Counted from the first letter of the whole stretch, positions 12,385 through 26,281 are shown. The stretch is DNA of 63,932 nucleotides, filler included, from Choristocarpus tenellus KU-1152 (GCA_964200185.2; 12 parts of 12 records of this genome joined end to end with filler, not necessarily neighbours in it); one strand, 5' to 3'. Notes: a model not told the origin generated them from the letters alone. Translations and numbers: made by a program.

Positions 12385-13530
12385 CTCTGATTTTATGCAA
12401 CTTATACTACAACCTGTTCAGCTTGTATTGCTGTTTCCACATTTTCAGTTTTCCTGTCGCCACAATGAATTGACGAGTAGTAGCGATATGCTCTGTGTAT
12501 CAACCAAGATGTGAACGGAATGTACAATATTTCCAGTATTTGAGTAAGCTGGTTTAAATGTGCGGGAATTTAGTATAGTGATGTAGTTGCTGTGCCATGT
12601 GGTCACTTTTGTCATAAATCGTGATCGATATTTTGTCGGGATTTGGTTGTGAAATTCCCGTCTTCATATGTAATTCTGTCATAATATGTTCCACCGTCGT
12701 AATTTGATTCATTAAGATGGTCCCTGTTAAGATTAGGAAGGTCTTCAGATGTGTCCGGACCTACTGCTGAACAATCGTCATTGAAATGTATTCCATATTT
12801 TCCACATTGTATATGGTAGTAAGAGGGACAGGTGTGGGCTGATTAGTGAGGCATCCGATATAATTGTCTATCAATTCTTGTAATAATGTAAACTAAGTAT
12901 AAAAGGCACAATGATTTGCCCAACAAAGCTATTTAGAATCCCATTGTACTTGTGTTTTATATACTGAATATATCGAATACCATGTCTACATTTTTTACCA
13001 TTTGTGGTAGTTACATGTGATGTGGAAATATTTGAGTAATTCGAGGTGCATAGTAGCAAAATCATATGTTTCAAATTTATGGGGGGTAAGATTCTGTATA
13101 GAGATACAACTACAGGAATAAGCTCATCGAGTTTTGTGCCAATCATGCACTTAGGGTTACTTATGTCTATCTTCAGGTACTCTATCCTAAATAGAGCATT
13201 CAAACCTCCAGAAAAAGTATTGAGGTAGGCACTAATATTAACCCCCTAGTCCTGACATTATATCTGAAAATAAATTAGTAGTGATGCAACGGAGTGCAAC
13301 AACAGGATTTTTGTGGATTTTAACCGTTTGATATATCAGTGTTTTTTCAATGTAGTTACTAATCCAATTATTTCGATTTTCAGGATCCTTCATGGGATGG
13401 AGACCGTAGCATTCCTCGTGAAAATGAAAGGGGAATAATTTTTTCACTTCATACATTCGGTTCACCACAATGCTGTTTGGAGGAGAAAATACGAAGCGCC
13501 CAGGATGTCTACACAACTCATCTCTTGACA
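12385..13530 (-). mobile_element. Penelope-like element (PLE) RT relic 1
   Basis: Ordered PLE RT motifs across frameshifts: TVKIHKNPVVALRCI, KFETYDFATM (motif A), and thumb ISITIYDKSDH..YTKFPHI*TSL..KYCTFRSHL, like YDKR.DF...FP...S...YG...SQL. Confidence 0.7.
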
Positions 13531-15259
13531 AGGAATGGTGAAATGTGGACGGTGTTGATCTCCTTGTATAGTATCAATAGAAGTTTAGTATACTTCATTT
13601 ATTTATTTTGGTATCGTGGTACTGACACTGCATTGCATTAGGGTTAGGACTCATCAATAATTTATATTACTATGAGATACAGGAAAATTGCCCCACAATA
13701 CTGATCTATGAGGATTTTGGTACACATCTCACAATTCAGACAAAGGGCAGAATTGTGACTGAGCTGTCCCACTATTAATCCCAAATTGTGTTCCAAATGG
13801 TGTTGACATCTTTGAAAACAAGTGTCCAGACCATAATGGTTTACCAGAAAACTGAAACATCATCGTTGTGCCTCTACATACTTGCGTTTAAGGGACTTCT
13901 CTTCCATAGGACCAGTAAGTATATATGGTTTTGACTATCATACTCCTCGTAACATGTTAACAATGTTTGGAACTTCTTGACTACTGCGAACAAAATAATG
14001 ATACATGAACAACAATAATACGCGTAGAGCTGTAAATAATCAAGCGCACTGTCCAACAAGGAGGCCTCCCACAACAGTGCATACGTATCGATGAAATTAA
14101 TCCCTGTCAGTCAGAGAGCTGTGCTATCAAATGAGTGAGTGTTGAATAAGTGGGAGGAAAGCAAGACTGGAGGAAAGAGGGTTGCAAGGAGGGGAGAAGG
14201 TAGCGGATCATGGCGTGGAATGTACAAGAGGGATCTAGTGGTGGTGGTGGTTGCTGCTGCTGCAGAGCCTAGGGCATCTGTGGTGCCAGTGGGGGCAGTA
14301 TTGGCTCTAGTTATCGAAAGTCGAGAGCGGAGAAGACGGCAATCCACATCTTGGAGAACTGGAAGGAGCTTTCACTGCTGCTACTCCTGGAGGTATTCTG
14401 CTGGTCACTATAATGTAGAATAGGGAAGACTGCACTGGTCGTGGAGGAGAAACTCACCAGGAGGGAGTCAAGGTCAGTGCTACTGGAGCTATTGAAATTA
14501 AGGGGTCACCATATGATGGACCTGTGTCAGTCGATCTGCAGGAGCTGCAACCAACTCTCTACCGAGTGCTGTAGGCTATTCCAACCAATGGCCTACACGT
14601 TCAAGGTGTATCGCTGTGTCAGGGGGCAGTGTGCCCTACAAGTGATAATTTGCTAAATGTTTGATTTCATCTTCTACAGGGTATGTTGTGCCCTGGAGTA
14701 TTAGCTATATGTTTGGACAATACATGGGTATGGAGCAGGTTCTTGTTTTTGTGATCCATGGAAGTTTGTGCAAGGAAAATAAGGCAATTTCAAACATATT
14801 GATAGGCCTCCATATCATGAGGTACTCAAAGTTTAAATCAACACATTCAATTACAAGTCGATTTGCACCACTCATTCCGAGCAATTCTTGTTCCGAATGG
14901 TGTCAAGTAATGACAGCCTTGATAGCGTTCATATTGCTCCTTGACCAAGAAAATAGGATTGTAAGGACCATTATTTCCTCTGGGCCTTCGTGTCGGGTAT
15001 GTATGTGTAGCCTCCCTTGTAGTACACCCTTCCGAACTCTTGAGCATCTCTTGGAGGGTATTTCAGCGCCTTTCTGTGATAGTGAAAGCCACCCGGGGAG
15101 GGGGAGGAACAAATGGTTAGTCAACTATACTATTTCTAGAGACTTGGGTCAAAGTATGTNNNNNNNNNNNNNNNNNNNNNNNNNNNNNNNNNNNNNNNNN
15201 NNNTTAATTAATTAANNNNNNNNNNNNNNNNNNNNNNNNNNNNNNNNNNNNNNNNNNNN

Positions 15260-15303
15260 ATCCCCAAATGGACGCGGCTCTACCCTCTAAGATACTTTGG
15301 CTC
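15260..15303 (-). mobile_element. MITE family A left end at contig start
   Basis: CCCCAAATGGACGCGGCTCTACCCTCTAAGATACTTTGGCTC. Confidence 0.9.
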
Positions 15304-15839
15304 ACATATACCGAGTCACTAGCATACTAGACATAGCTTCATGGTAAATGTGTTTCACAGTAATGAATTCTCAGCATATTCGGATATTGTCGAAAAATAT
15401 TTTCGTATTAATGCTGATTACAGCCTGACTCAGCCCTGGATTGACGAAGAAGTAAACAAGCAGTTGCTTGTGACTTCTTTTCTGGTAGTCCATATCTGCT
15501 TTGAGGACTAGACTGTACTAACTTGAATCTGGAGCCCAGTTTCACAATACAGCTGAGTGTCATTAGAAGTAGGGATGGCTACGTTTGGGACTTAGACAAT
15601 GTCGGTTTAGTGCTCTAAACTGAGGCCATACTTCTGGATCAAGAATTTCCCACTGTTACGAGATATTTCAAGCTCAATTTTGAACTAGGGGAGCTTCTCC
15701 AATACGTACATGTCGTGTCTTCTCTATATTCAAGAAAGGGAAAAAAAGTTCCTGTCAACACACTGAATCCAAGGAAATCAAGAGCAGGGTTTCACATCTC
15801 AAAATATCAACATATAATTAAGTTGGCCTTTGCTGAAAG

Positions 15840-16040
15840 AAAGTTCTATGCTAGTCCCAAGAGTGTTTCTGAAAGGAACCCTAAGCTAGTTTAGCGTGGA
15901 TGGCTCAAAAAATGCAATAAAAGGCATGCCTGCATGATCTCTAGCCATCCATTAGAGCCTGGAGTGGTCGCCACTCCCAACATGGTTTGCATCCCTTGCA
16001 GCACACTTTCGAATCCCTGGTGCCTGTTTATTGTCTCCCA
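15840..16040 (-). mobile_element. Degraded Gypsy integrase core fragment
   Basis: HQGFESVLQGMQTMLGVATTPGSNGWLEIMQACL resembles DQG..FES.L...LG...T.YHPQSNG..ER.H..L. Confidence 0.45.
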
Positions 16041-16692
16041 ATCATTGCCGTCTCCAAAAAGATTGCCTATATATCTTAGGGGTGAGTGATGAGAGAAAGG
16101 CATGACTTCATGTAATCGAAATAATACTATCTGAGTTAATCATTCCAATTTCTGTTTAGATATTGGGATGGAGAATCCCAATACATTGGGGGAGTGAAGA
16201 AGATAAATAAGGAAGAGATCTGGTATAATTCATTGAGGGATATACCGTATTCCATTTAGCAGGCATGTGCCCACAAGCCACCTTGAACGCTGTTAAGCAA
16301 CCTTACATTTTTTTTCAATTTAACCGAGCAGTGACACTTGCATTGAGGAGCAAGCGTCATTGTCCCTACAGGAAATGTTTCGTCTCTTTATTGTTCCACT
16401 TGACACAAGGCTCCTGACTTTCTCTTCCACCTCTCTCCTAGTTGTTCGAATTTTCCCAATATCGTTTTTTCTTTAGTCTAGATTGGCACAGAGAGTCTAC
16501 TATACTGCAGAGTCGTCCATCTCCAAAATAGACCGGATATTTCAAGTCAACAGCTGGTATGCCTATCTCTTACTGCCCGCACCCTGCACTGCCAATAAAC
16601 ATTCGTATAACCTCTATTAGATAGTGTCCCATTCCTTCGTACGACCTGTTTTTCCATCTCATCGTTGGAAATGACAACAAATAGCACCACAC

Positions 16693-19600
16693 CTGTCCTT
16701 TGAAAAGACTATGACACCAGTAACCCCCCAGATATATGTCAGCAGAAGAAACAGGAGCAGGAGTGGACAGATAACATTTGCAGACTTTACGGTGACAAAC
16801 AGGAGCTCTCGTACAGAAGTGAGAACTGATCCCATTCTTATTAGGCGCATCATTGAGATCGCCTGGTGTTTCTCAAGACACGGGTGTTGATTGGGTGGGT
16901 TGAGCTGAATGGAGGAAGGCCTATGCGGTTTGAAAGTCTAGATATCAAGGAGTGAATGCAGCAACAGAAAAAGGTGAACACACAATAGTTGTCATTCACA
17001 GGGCTGTGCAAAGGAAATCGTCTGAAGGGATACACTGGTGTGAGAGAAAAAGTGCCAGAGAAGAATAAATGAGATCTACTTGTTAGGGTTAGGGTTATGA
17101 ACCCTGCAGAATATTTCAATACAAACTTGAGAAATGTATAAACTAGCATTATGTTCAACGATAATAGGGCATGTGATCTAAGTTCATATAGGTTCAAATG
17201 CAGCAAAGATTATGTACAGATGAAGCTGTTGAGGCAAGAAAGGAAGAAGGTATGGAATCTCCTAATGCGAAGATTATAGTAAATAGAGTTAGTATTTCCT
17301 CATCACTCTATCTTTAGAGAAAATTTTTGATAAATTTCATATTATACAAATTTCTGAATTTCCCTAGATGGTTGGCGATTTTCTGTTAGGTTAACTAAGC
17401 CAAAACATCACAGTACATGCTTTGGATCACTTAGGTTGACTAATATACGTTTCTTTTTTTTTTGGTGGAAGGTTTATGTGTAGTGTGACTGAGGTGGTGT
17501 AAAGGAGGAATATGTTGTCAGTGGGTCAATAGCTCAAGACAGGCTCTGGTGGTTATCTCTTGGGCTTGCTCTACAAATGTATTACCTCCAAATATTGATC
17601 TCAAATTCATTTCTATACACAGTACTTGCAAGTGGGTTTTTTCTATATTTCTTCTGACTAGGCTTAAGGTTGCAAAAACCTGGGTATTTTTGTGCCATTC
17701 CGGATTCAGAAGTCATCATATTGCCAACCATAAATATATGTGGAAGTCTCCACTTTGTATGTGACCCCTGCTACTCCTACTACACAAGCAGGTGCCATCT
17801 AACCCACGATCAAGTAGCACCACCAAGACAATTCATGAAAATCAGGCATTAACCTTACAAGTATTGTAAACTCACAGTAAAATTTTCACTCATTTCTATT
17901 AATAAATGCCTCAAAAAGCTGTAGTACCTAGAGCTCCGGACTTCCGCTAGAATGTGTAGCAATGGGTGAGTGAGAAACAACAATTATGCAAATATTCTTT
18001 AGAGTTGCAAGACAAAAGCAGACCTATTGGGACAATATGATCAGCTTAGTAGGCAGTGTCATCGGCACACAAAGTGTCAAAGTAAATGAGAGGTACCCAG
18101 AGAGATATATTTTATCCATGCTGACAAATATGGACAAATCCGGAATTTGTTACAAATGTGCATGGATAGTTTTTTTCATTGTGCTGGAAAAGCTTTATAT
18201 CATAGAGAAATATAAGGACTTAAGTCAAACTTAGAGCTTATCCAGAAAAACATGTTTGAAGTGCGAAAAATTAAAAAAAATGGTATATAATGTAGAACAG
18301 CCGAAACCTGGGTACCTCTCATTTGCTTTGTCTCCCAAGTCACTGTGAACTACACATAACAGGAAATTTCATAGGGTCGTACACTTCCAGGTTTTCGATT
18401 CTTCCCCATATATGAGGTTGGCTTGCCTACCAATGAAACCTTTTCATGGCACCTCTGCTTCCCCTTCCTGAATACCTGACTATTGCATTTCAAGTCAATT
18501 TCATTGCTATCATGTAGCAGCCCAAGGCATCTTTGAATTGGAAATTGGATCTCTATCTCCTTCACGGTCCCCTTGCAATGCAGGGAGTTCATTTTGGACA
18601 CAATACTAACATTTTCAATAGAATCTGCTGGCCATATCATGCAACTCAACTGTACACAGGGCTCTCCTTGTGGCCTCTTAGTGGTGTGGCACATTTAGAG
18701 AAAGGATAGCTGGGCAATACCATATCCAAAAGGTGATCCTATCTACTTCGAAGAAGAGGGATTTTGGTCAATGAGGGTACAAGGCTGTTGAGGTAGTTGT
18801 TGATAGGATGATACTACACAAGGCAAATCATTGATTGAAACAGTTTTGCAGCCATGAATCAAAATACAGTAAGCATCTTTTCTTGTCAATTCAGGGAGGT
18901 TGTGTCATATGGACTGGTGATGGTGCTTGGTAAACTCATATTCTCAGCAACAATAATTACAAAGTACTCTACACAGTCTTTTGACTGAAAAATCTTCAGT
19001 ACCATCCCATGCCCTACCCATAGAGAAAATGTAAGTACCCTGATAATATCGGCTGCCGCAGATGTGAAATACTTTGTGTACTGGTCTTGCACCTTCTCCT
19101 TCACTCTTTACCTTAACAAACTTCCAGAAAGCTGAACTCGAGCAGGTTTGAAAAAGCACCTCACCACAAAACACCACTGCCATGACCCCTGTGGCAACAG
19201 CATCTGCAATCTGAAACGGAGTGATTTTTGGTCTCATTATTATATATGCCAGAAAGTATAGTGCAAACAGTGGCTCTATGGATAGATAAGAACGCTCATA
19301 AGGAAGCACACCTCGGATGATGAAAAATATTTCGCGGTCCATCATATATAAACAGTAGTATGCAGCAGAATCCTAGAGAAGAATGACTGGCAAGAATCAA
19401 GTCTGAGTTCACTGTGCAGGGATCTTGCACAGCAGCCACAAATGTACCTTCATGTATCCTCTTATCGAAATCCTAGACCTGAGACCTAAACATGGTCAAT
19501 TTACTCATATCTTCTACTGGTTATGCAAGAAGAGTCCAAAGTGTGCTTGGTGAGAAGAATATAGTACTTGGTATATTTCACGTTTGTTTTTTTGTCTAGG

Positions 19601-22600
19601 TGACTGCAAATCTGACATGAATCTAAGAGTGACAACAGGAGAAAGATTGGAAAAGGGGGTGTAACTCGATGGCAAACTTCTGAAAGAAAAATCTTGAAAC
19701 ACTAGTGGACCTCATACACCGGAAACGCACAAAACTTGAAGGTTGATCATGTGGTGAATATTGTATAAAATAATGAGATGATAGTAGAGTCAAGAATCAA
19801 CTACGTGGGATTCCAGGTGGAGCGCAGTCCTAACAAATATTTGGGTGTTGACTGTTCATTAGACCAATTTTTTGTGGTGCAAAAGACAACATTGAATGCA
19901 TGAGTGGAATGTGCTTTGTAGGAAAGGAATGCTTATGGACATATCCATGGTGCGTGATCCTACCTATCTACTACTTGAACATTGCGTCACATCGTCCTGA
20001 GTTAGCACCTGAAAAGGAGTACGAGTGATTGCACGTAGACCTCCAAATATAATGGCACGGCAGACCCATTCCATCATGAAGAACACTGCAAACAGTTCTT
20101 CCTAAGCAGAGAATTGAGCGCAATGAGGAGATTTGAGGTATGCTTAAAGTCTTGTCCAGGGCAACACTACAGAAGTATAGGACAAAGTTAGACCCAAGCT
20201 CAGGCAAAAAAGCATCCCAGATTATCAGGACCGTTCCAAGGGGTGATGAAGGGTCATGGGTCCAAGTCCAAAAAAGCATACTGCAGTTGGTATTGCTCCA
20301 TAGATTGATTTCATAATGTAAAGATCTCAAATGGCGCAATGCAGGTTCTTGAATGCCTGGTTAAAAGTATATAATTGGGTATAGTTAATTCCTCTTTCAG
20401 CAATATTCAGGTACATATCACACACTGCACAGACATTTCTATGTATAGTGTTCTTTACCAACAGCTGATTGCCTGCACGTGTATCCACAGGGGAGCTGTG
20501 CAGTATGGATGCTCTGAGTCATTCCCTAGCCAGAACCGAAATATGATGTTGGCAGCTATGATTGTAGATAGAACGAGCCCCCAATGACGGCTAAGAAGAA
20601 CATGGAATATCACTGGAAATGGGGACCAGAATAGTAGAGAGGATAAAGGGTGGTTTGGAGGAAAATACATGGTGGCAAAAAATTCTGCTCTTTGACATAT
20701 TTTGTGATATGTAAGTTTTCTTGGGAAGATGTAAGTGTCGCAAAAGATCAAACAACCCTGCACATAATACAAGAGTCACTAAAACAATCCAACCAAATTT
20801 GCAAATAGTCTGACCTCTTCTGATTCCCATCTCTTGTGGCTGTCTGGGAACTGTGTCGGGCTGTACATGGCTAAGTTTCGCCTCGTACATTGTCCAGAAT
20901 GCCTGCTTTAGACTAGAAAGGCGCTCCCCACTGATCATACCGTGTGGAGAGCAAAAGTAATGTGAGGGCTTGTGGGTGGAAGATAGACAATCTAAGAATT
21001 GAAATTCACTTCTTCCTCATGTGACCTAGATTAAATGCAAAGATTGCACCCATCAGCTTGTTGTTTTTCCCCCTTAGTACAAAGCAAGTGAGGTCTGTGG
21101 AGATGCAGTTCACTGCTTAACCAACATCAACAGGCTCCTCTCCTTGTGTAGGAAGGATCGCACTTATCCAGAATGTTGGGGCATGCTAAACAGAAGTACA
21201 GAGAAACAATATGCCCTGACTGCAGCACTTCCCTCACATTCCCTTCAGACTCCTATGTAATCCCAACAATACAGATGGGATTGTATCAACCCCTCTACCT
21301 TCTTGTAAAATTCAAAAACATGAAGGTGGAGTAGAGGACACCGATGAAGAGGAAGATAAGGATGAAGAAGGTAAGGACGACGCACAGGAAGAAGAAACCG
21401 GCCCAGGTGTTGCTCCACATAGCACCGTTGAGGCCAACACTACTGACCTAGATGTTGGGACCAAAAAGGAAGTGTTAGTGACAATTTGTTGACAAGATTG
21501 ACGCGTTTTCTAGAATCCAAGTGATGAAAAAAGATCAACTGAGCAGGAGTAGCGTTCAATTTTTTGTTGCATCATATGGTTGTTGAAATAGGAAGCAATA
21601 TCCAGAGGTCTTGATGGTCCTAGGGGATGATAAAATAACAATGTATCCATGGTGTAGCGCGAAAACTATCACAGAGTAAGTCAACCCTAGCTATCAGACA
21701 AAAGAAAAAACAGAGCAAACTCGTCAATAGCACATGTGCAGACTTAATACTTCTGAAATCTCCAATTTATTCAAAGATACACAATGGAGTGACATTCATG
21801 GATCTCACTCTGGCATTGACAGCGGAGAAGAGGATGTGATGCCAATCATTGAAGGTGAATATGATGAAGACAGAGTTCAGAGCGTCCCCAAACGTGTCAA
21901 AGTTCCACTTGGCGTTTTTCCACTCGTAGTCTTCTTCTTCACACTCATCCTTCTCATGATAATGAGTGTAAGAATGGATGTGGAACGGAAAGTCATTCAA
22001 TAGTGCCGTAGAGAGAGTTGATGAGGTTTCCACCATAAATAATTTAGCCCACAGGTTCCCAAAATATATATATTCTTGATGAAAGATATGCTTCCAAAAC
22101 ATATTCTATGTCCTGTGCCCCAAAAACCACCCAAACTAGAGTTACAAGAGTCTGGAGTGCTCCTTAAATATCTTATGATTCTTTTGTAACAATACCACAT
22201 TACCTTTCCCTCGATCCCATTAGCTTCTGTGCGGTACACATAGTAGTCTTCTACCCCGTTTTCAGCAGCAGTTACTGTGTCTGAGCAGTAGTGGAAGGTG
22301 CCTGACCAAACCTGTTGGTTGGCGAGGGGCACGTCAAGAGAGATTTAATGTAAAGTATTCGAACCAACTGTAACATGGGGTTCTACATTTTGGGCAAAGA
22401 AACCTCCTTGGCTAGGTTCAGGTTTTGGGGTCAGGGTCGGGAATCCGTGGAATACTTTATTGCTGAGACAGGAAATATAATATTAGTGAGAGGGGAGAAT
22501 AAATACCTGAAGGCCAACAATTGACCACAACAGCCACGAGAACAGCATGATGATCCCGGCAAGGCACATGGCCCTTTGAGAAGATTGGATAGACCGGAAA

Positions 22601-25600
22601 ATGTGCATGAAAGACTTTGACTTTCCGCTGATCCTAACAATGCGCACCACTCGGAGCATCCGAAGGATCTAGGTGTAGAAGTGTAGAGGTGAGAAAAACT
22701 GTCAATCGGATGTACAGGCAAACAAACGTGCCTAGTACTTACTACATATCCACAACGATCATGACAAAATAGAGATAGCATTCTTGATATCATACAATTT
22801 GATCCTTCAGATATATTATTGATTGAATTATTGAAACACCCTATGTGACTATGAGCACTTCAAGGATTTACTTCAAACGTACTGGAGGCTGGTCATTGTC
22901 GCATATCCCTTTAAGGCGTATGACAGAGACCCAGCAAAGTTCCAGATTGGAGACGGACATGTTCCTGCAAAATGAAGAAGATATCCATTCAAAGACTCGA
23001 AGCAAATGCAAAGGGTGTTGCTGTGAACTCTGAAAAAAACTATGCAGCCTCTTACTGCTGGTGAGAAAAATCTACTCCCATGATTGCTGTGTTGAGTATT
23101 GCAAATCAGTGAGACCTTATGCATCATTCGGTACCAATTAGCAAAACACCGAGAAGTCAAAATATCCCAATCTCATTTCAACTTCAAGTGCAAAAAACCT
23201 TGATGAACGATGCCCTATTTAGCAAAACGCTGAGAAGTCAAATATCCCAATCTCGTTTCAACTTCAAATGCAAAAAACCTTGATGAACGATGACCCAGGA
23301 GAAATATCACGCAATGCGAGGAATATCACCGAGAAAACCTGAGAGAGAAGCAGGAGGAATAGAGTAAGGTTTGCTACAGTAATCAGGTCCAAAAATTCAG
23401 GGATGGGCAATGAATATTAGCAACACTAATTGAACATGAGAGGGTCACCGAAGTTGTAAGAGATTTGTACTACTAGTACAAAAGTATTGCGTGAGCTGTT
23501 CCTAATACTGCAAGATAACATGGTAGTATCTGATGGCAAGGGTAATGTGCAGTTGGAGTTTAACCTGGAATAGGTCAAGGGAAGCCGCACCTAAAATATA
23601 TTTCTTCAATATACTATGTTAAGAGCATGTCTGAAGCTAGCTGTTAGCTATAACTATGAACCAAACTAGATACATATGTATGGCAAATGGTCTAGTGCTG
23701 TCGAGTGATGCAACGCATGCAATCCTGACTGAATGACATTTTTCCGACACAGTCAAAGGTTTCAACTCCGCTGCCAACTGCAACCCAATAAAGCATATGT
23801 TGACTCTCAAGTGTGCCCTCTGGAGAAACTACTGCAGAACAAATAACCCCCTTATTTATGACATAGACTAGTACTGAATTCAGGACTTACCGTGACAATG
23901 AAATCAACTACATTCATCGGTTCTGTCAAGTATGCCCCTGGTAGGTACATGAAACCATGGCCCACGCTCTTTATGATAACCTTCAGTTTGAACAATGTGC
24001 AGGTAAAAAAATCCAATTGGAGAGGAAAGCAGCCATGACGTGAATGATGTGTATCGAGCACAGCGAAGCTGCATGCAAATTGATATTTCCACATAATGCA
24101 CTCCTTTTCTATTTTAATGGCTAGTTTTGGGCTACATTTTTGTCTATTTACCCTTCATTGTCGACTTGGGAGAGGAAACTGAACTAACACCCACCTTCTT
24201 GTTTGAGAACAAAGGAATTTGCTTCGAGGCATCATCAAATCTATATGCAGTTCATGAAGTGAGAAAAGAATTGAGCGAGAGAGAGAGTAGTATTGCAGAA
24301 AGCATGGCTACTACCCATTGTAATGAGCACACATGTGGGAAACTCCTGTCCCACATTGCAGGGGTACATGAGAGCACATTTGAATTGACTAACCTTGCGC
24401 AATTATCGCAAGCATACTGGTTACAAATATATTTATATCCATGCTTAAATCTTCCTATGAATCAAAGTCATGGTGCAACCCTCAGTGAAGTAGCCAGGTA
24501 CAGTGCCTTTAGACCAACAGAAGTGTCAGCAGAGGGTCGATGCAGACTTATTAAAGGATTGTGGTTAACTGCAAAAGTATGCAGCAACTTACCCCTCATG
24601 CCTTGAACACAAAACTCTAGCAGATCGATAACGTATTTGCTCTTGCCAATAGTAACATGCATTTTTCTGGTCTCATACATCTCACCTCAGCAGCAAAGAT
24701 GCAGGTAACAACTATCTCCATGTTCTTGGTCCTTTGCATGGTAGCACCTGATTCTTGATAGCCTTGGATGATCCGTAAGATCCAACCCGAAATCATGTAT
24801 TACCGAACATCACAATGAACAAAGGATGACAGGGGGGGATTTTTCATTTCAACTATTAAGTTGTTGAGAATGTGTTACATATTATAGAGAGTGTCCTGCT
24901 ACACAGCAAGATATTAAATTCCAGTTCATGTTGACAGTTACATCTAATACTCCATCTGTCTAGTTCCAACGTCATCATGAAGAAGTCTGCAATTTGTTAA
25001 ATCCTCAGCAAAATGTTTTTTCCAAAGAAACATACGCCTTTTCAAACCAGTTTGTTTAATGTTTTCTGTTTGTGTGCCCTTCAATGGAAGTCTTGGAAAC
25101 ACAATTGGATTAGACTATTGATCGGATCTATATTCATTCAATCACACAGCTCACAATTTAGCATCATATACACATATGTACACAACTTGATTTGTTGCTA
25201 CTCCGCACGGTACCTCTGTATCTATGTGACCCCTATATGATCACCCTGGGAGTAAAATATCATAACTTGCGATTCTAAATCTTGATACATGTTCACCTGA
25301 CTCCATTTCTACATCAAGGGCCACCACCACAGCTGATGACACAACCACACATGACATGAACATGTTGAACGCAAAGTGGATATTGTAACGGAGACATGTG
25401 TTGCCAAGGAAATGAACCCACCAGCTCTTGTTCTCAATCCGCTTTCAAAATAGATGCAAGGGAGATACAGCAATTAAACGTTTCATCAGTGATGTACAGA
25501 AATAGTGGACAGACATCAAGAGAAGGGGAGGATGTATGCAGCAGGTGCTCTAGAATTAAAGGAGGATGTAGCTGCACAGTATGTTGAAGGTGATTAAGAC

Positions 25601-26281
25601 AGTTTGATACTGTAAGGGATACATTTGAGCCAGTGTCTCACAGCAAGATTCATACTCCTCACCATTACAGTTCAAACTGTGTTTCGAAGCTTGCCAGGTT
25701 GCCAGTGAAAAAATCTAAGTCATGATTCTGTATCCGATCAACTACTATCTGCAACTACCCATTGGTGTGAGTCTATACAATGTTACTTCCATGGCCACAG
25801 CAAGGGGTACAAAGAGAGAAACTGGATCCCATTTCATTATTTCCTTTGTTTTACTTTTTCACGTCTTGAGCACCAAACCATTACACGACAGAGCCCAACA
25901 AATGGACAGAACAAGCAACAAATCAGATGTCTAATCACAGAGCAAGAGTATTCGGACACCTAACACCTGTACATGTTTATGGTACAGAATGCCAGAAGCA
26001 ATACGTCATGTTTGGACACGAAGCACCTTGTCAATAATTTGGTTTCACAACATCAAACATCGTTAGGTTGAAAAAACTCTTGACATCTTACATCAAGATT
26101 TTCTTGATTGTCGTAAATGAAGCAGTGCGGGCTGGTGGTCACCCACGCACATAGCTCACGAATTGGATTGCCATGGGAGAAGAATAGGAATGAGCGGGGT
26201 GAATCCTTCATCCTCTGCCACCAGGAAGGTTCAACCGGGCTACACTGATATTCTATGAGCTTGATCTGACCCTTGGCAACC
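16693..26281 (-). CDS. Four-domain voltage-gated cation channel (Cav/Nav/NALCN superfamily), repeat III to repeat IV S5, partial
   Basis: 14 phase-compatible exons: 26092-26281, 25297-25441, 24686-24747, 23891-23980, 23279-23338, 22507-22668, 22204-22311, 21809-21949, 21299-21447, 20815-20930, ~20473-20612, 20009-20101, 19112-19210, 16693-16862. Motifs: SFLFFSHGNPIRELC, GAYLTEPMNVVDFIV, S4 KILRMLRVVRIVR, GTFHYCSD, P-loop NFDTFGDALNSVFIIFTFNDW, III-IV linker KQAFWTMYEAKL..P..PRQP. Confidence 0.92.
23138..23292. repeat. ~80-bp tandem duplication spanning an exon 3' end and donor site
   Basis: TTAGCAAAAC..GAGAAGTCAAA..TATCCCAATCTC.TTTCAACTTCAA.TGCAAAAAACCTTGATGAACGATG occurs twice (23138 and 23219). 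Confidence 0.9.

Noticed and set aside
20467-20479. GC donor in the channel repeat IV S1 exon
   Set aside because: An in-phase GT donor 6 nt upstream works equally well; unresolved without RNA data.
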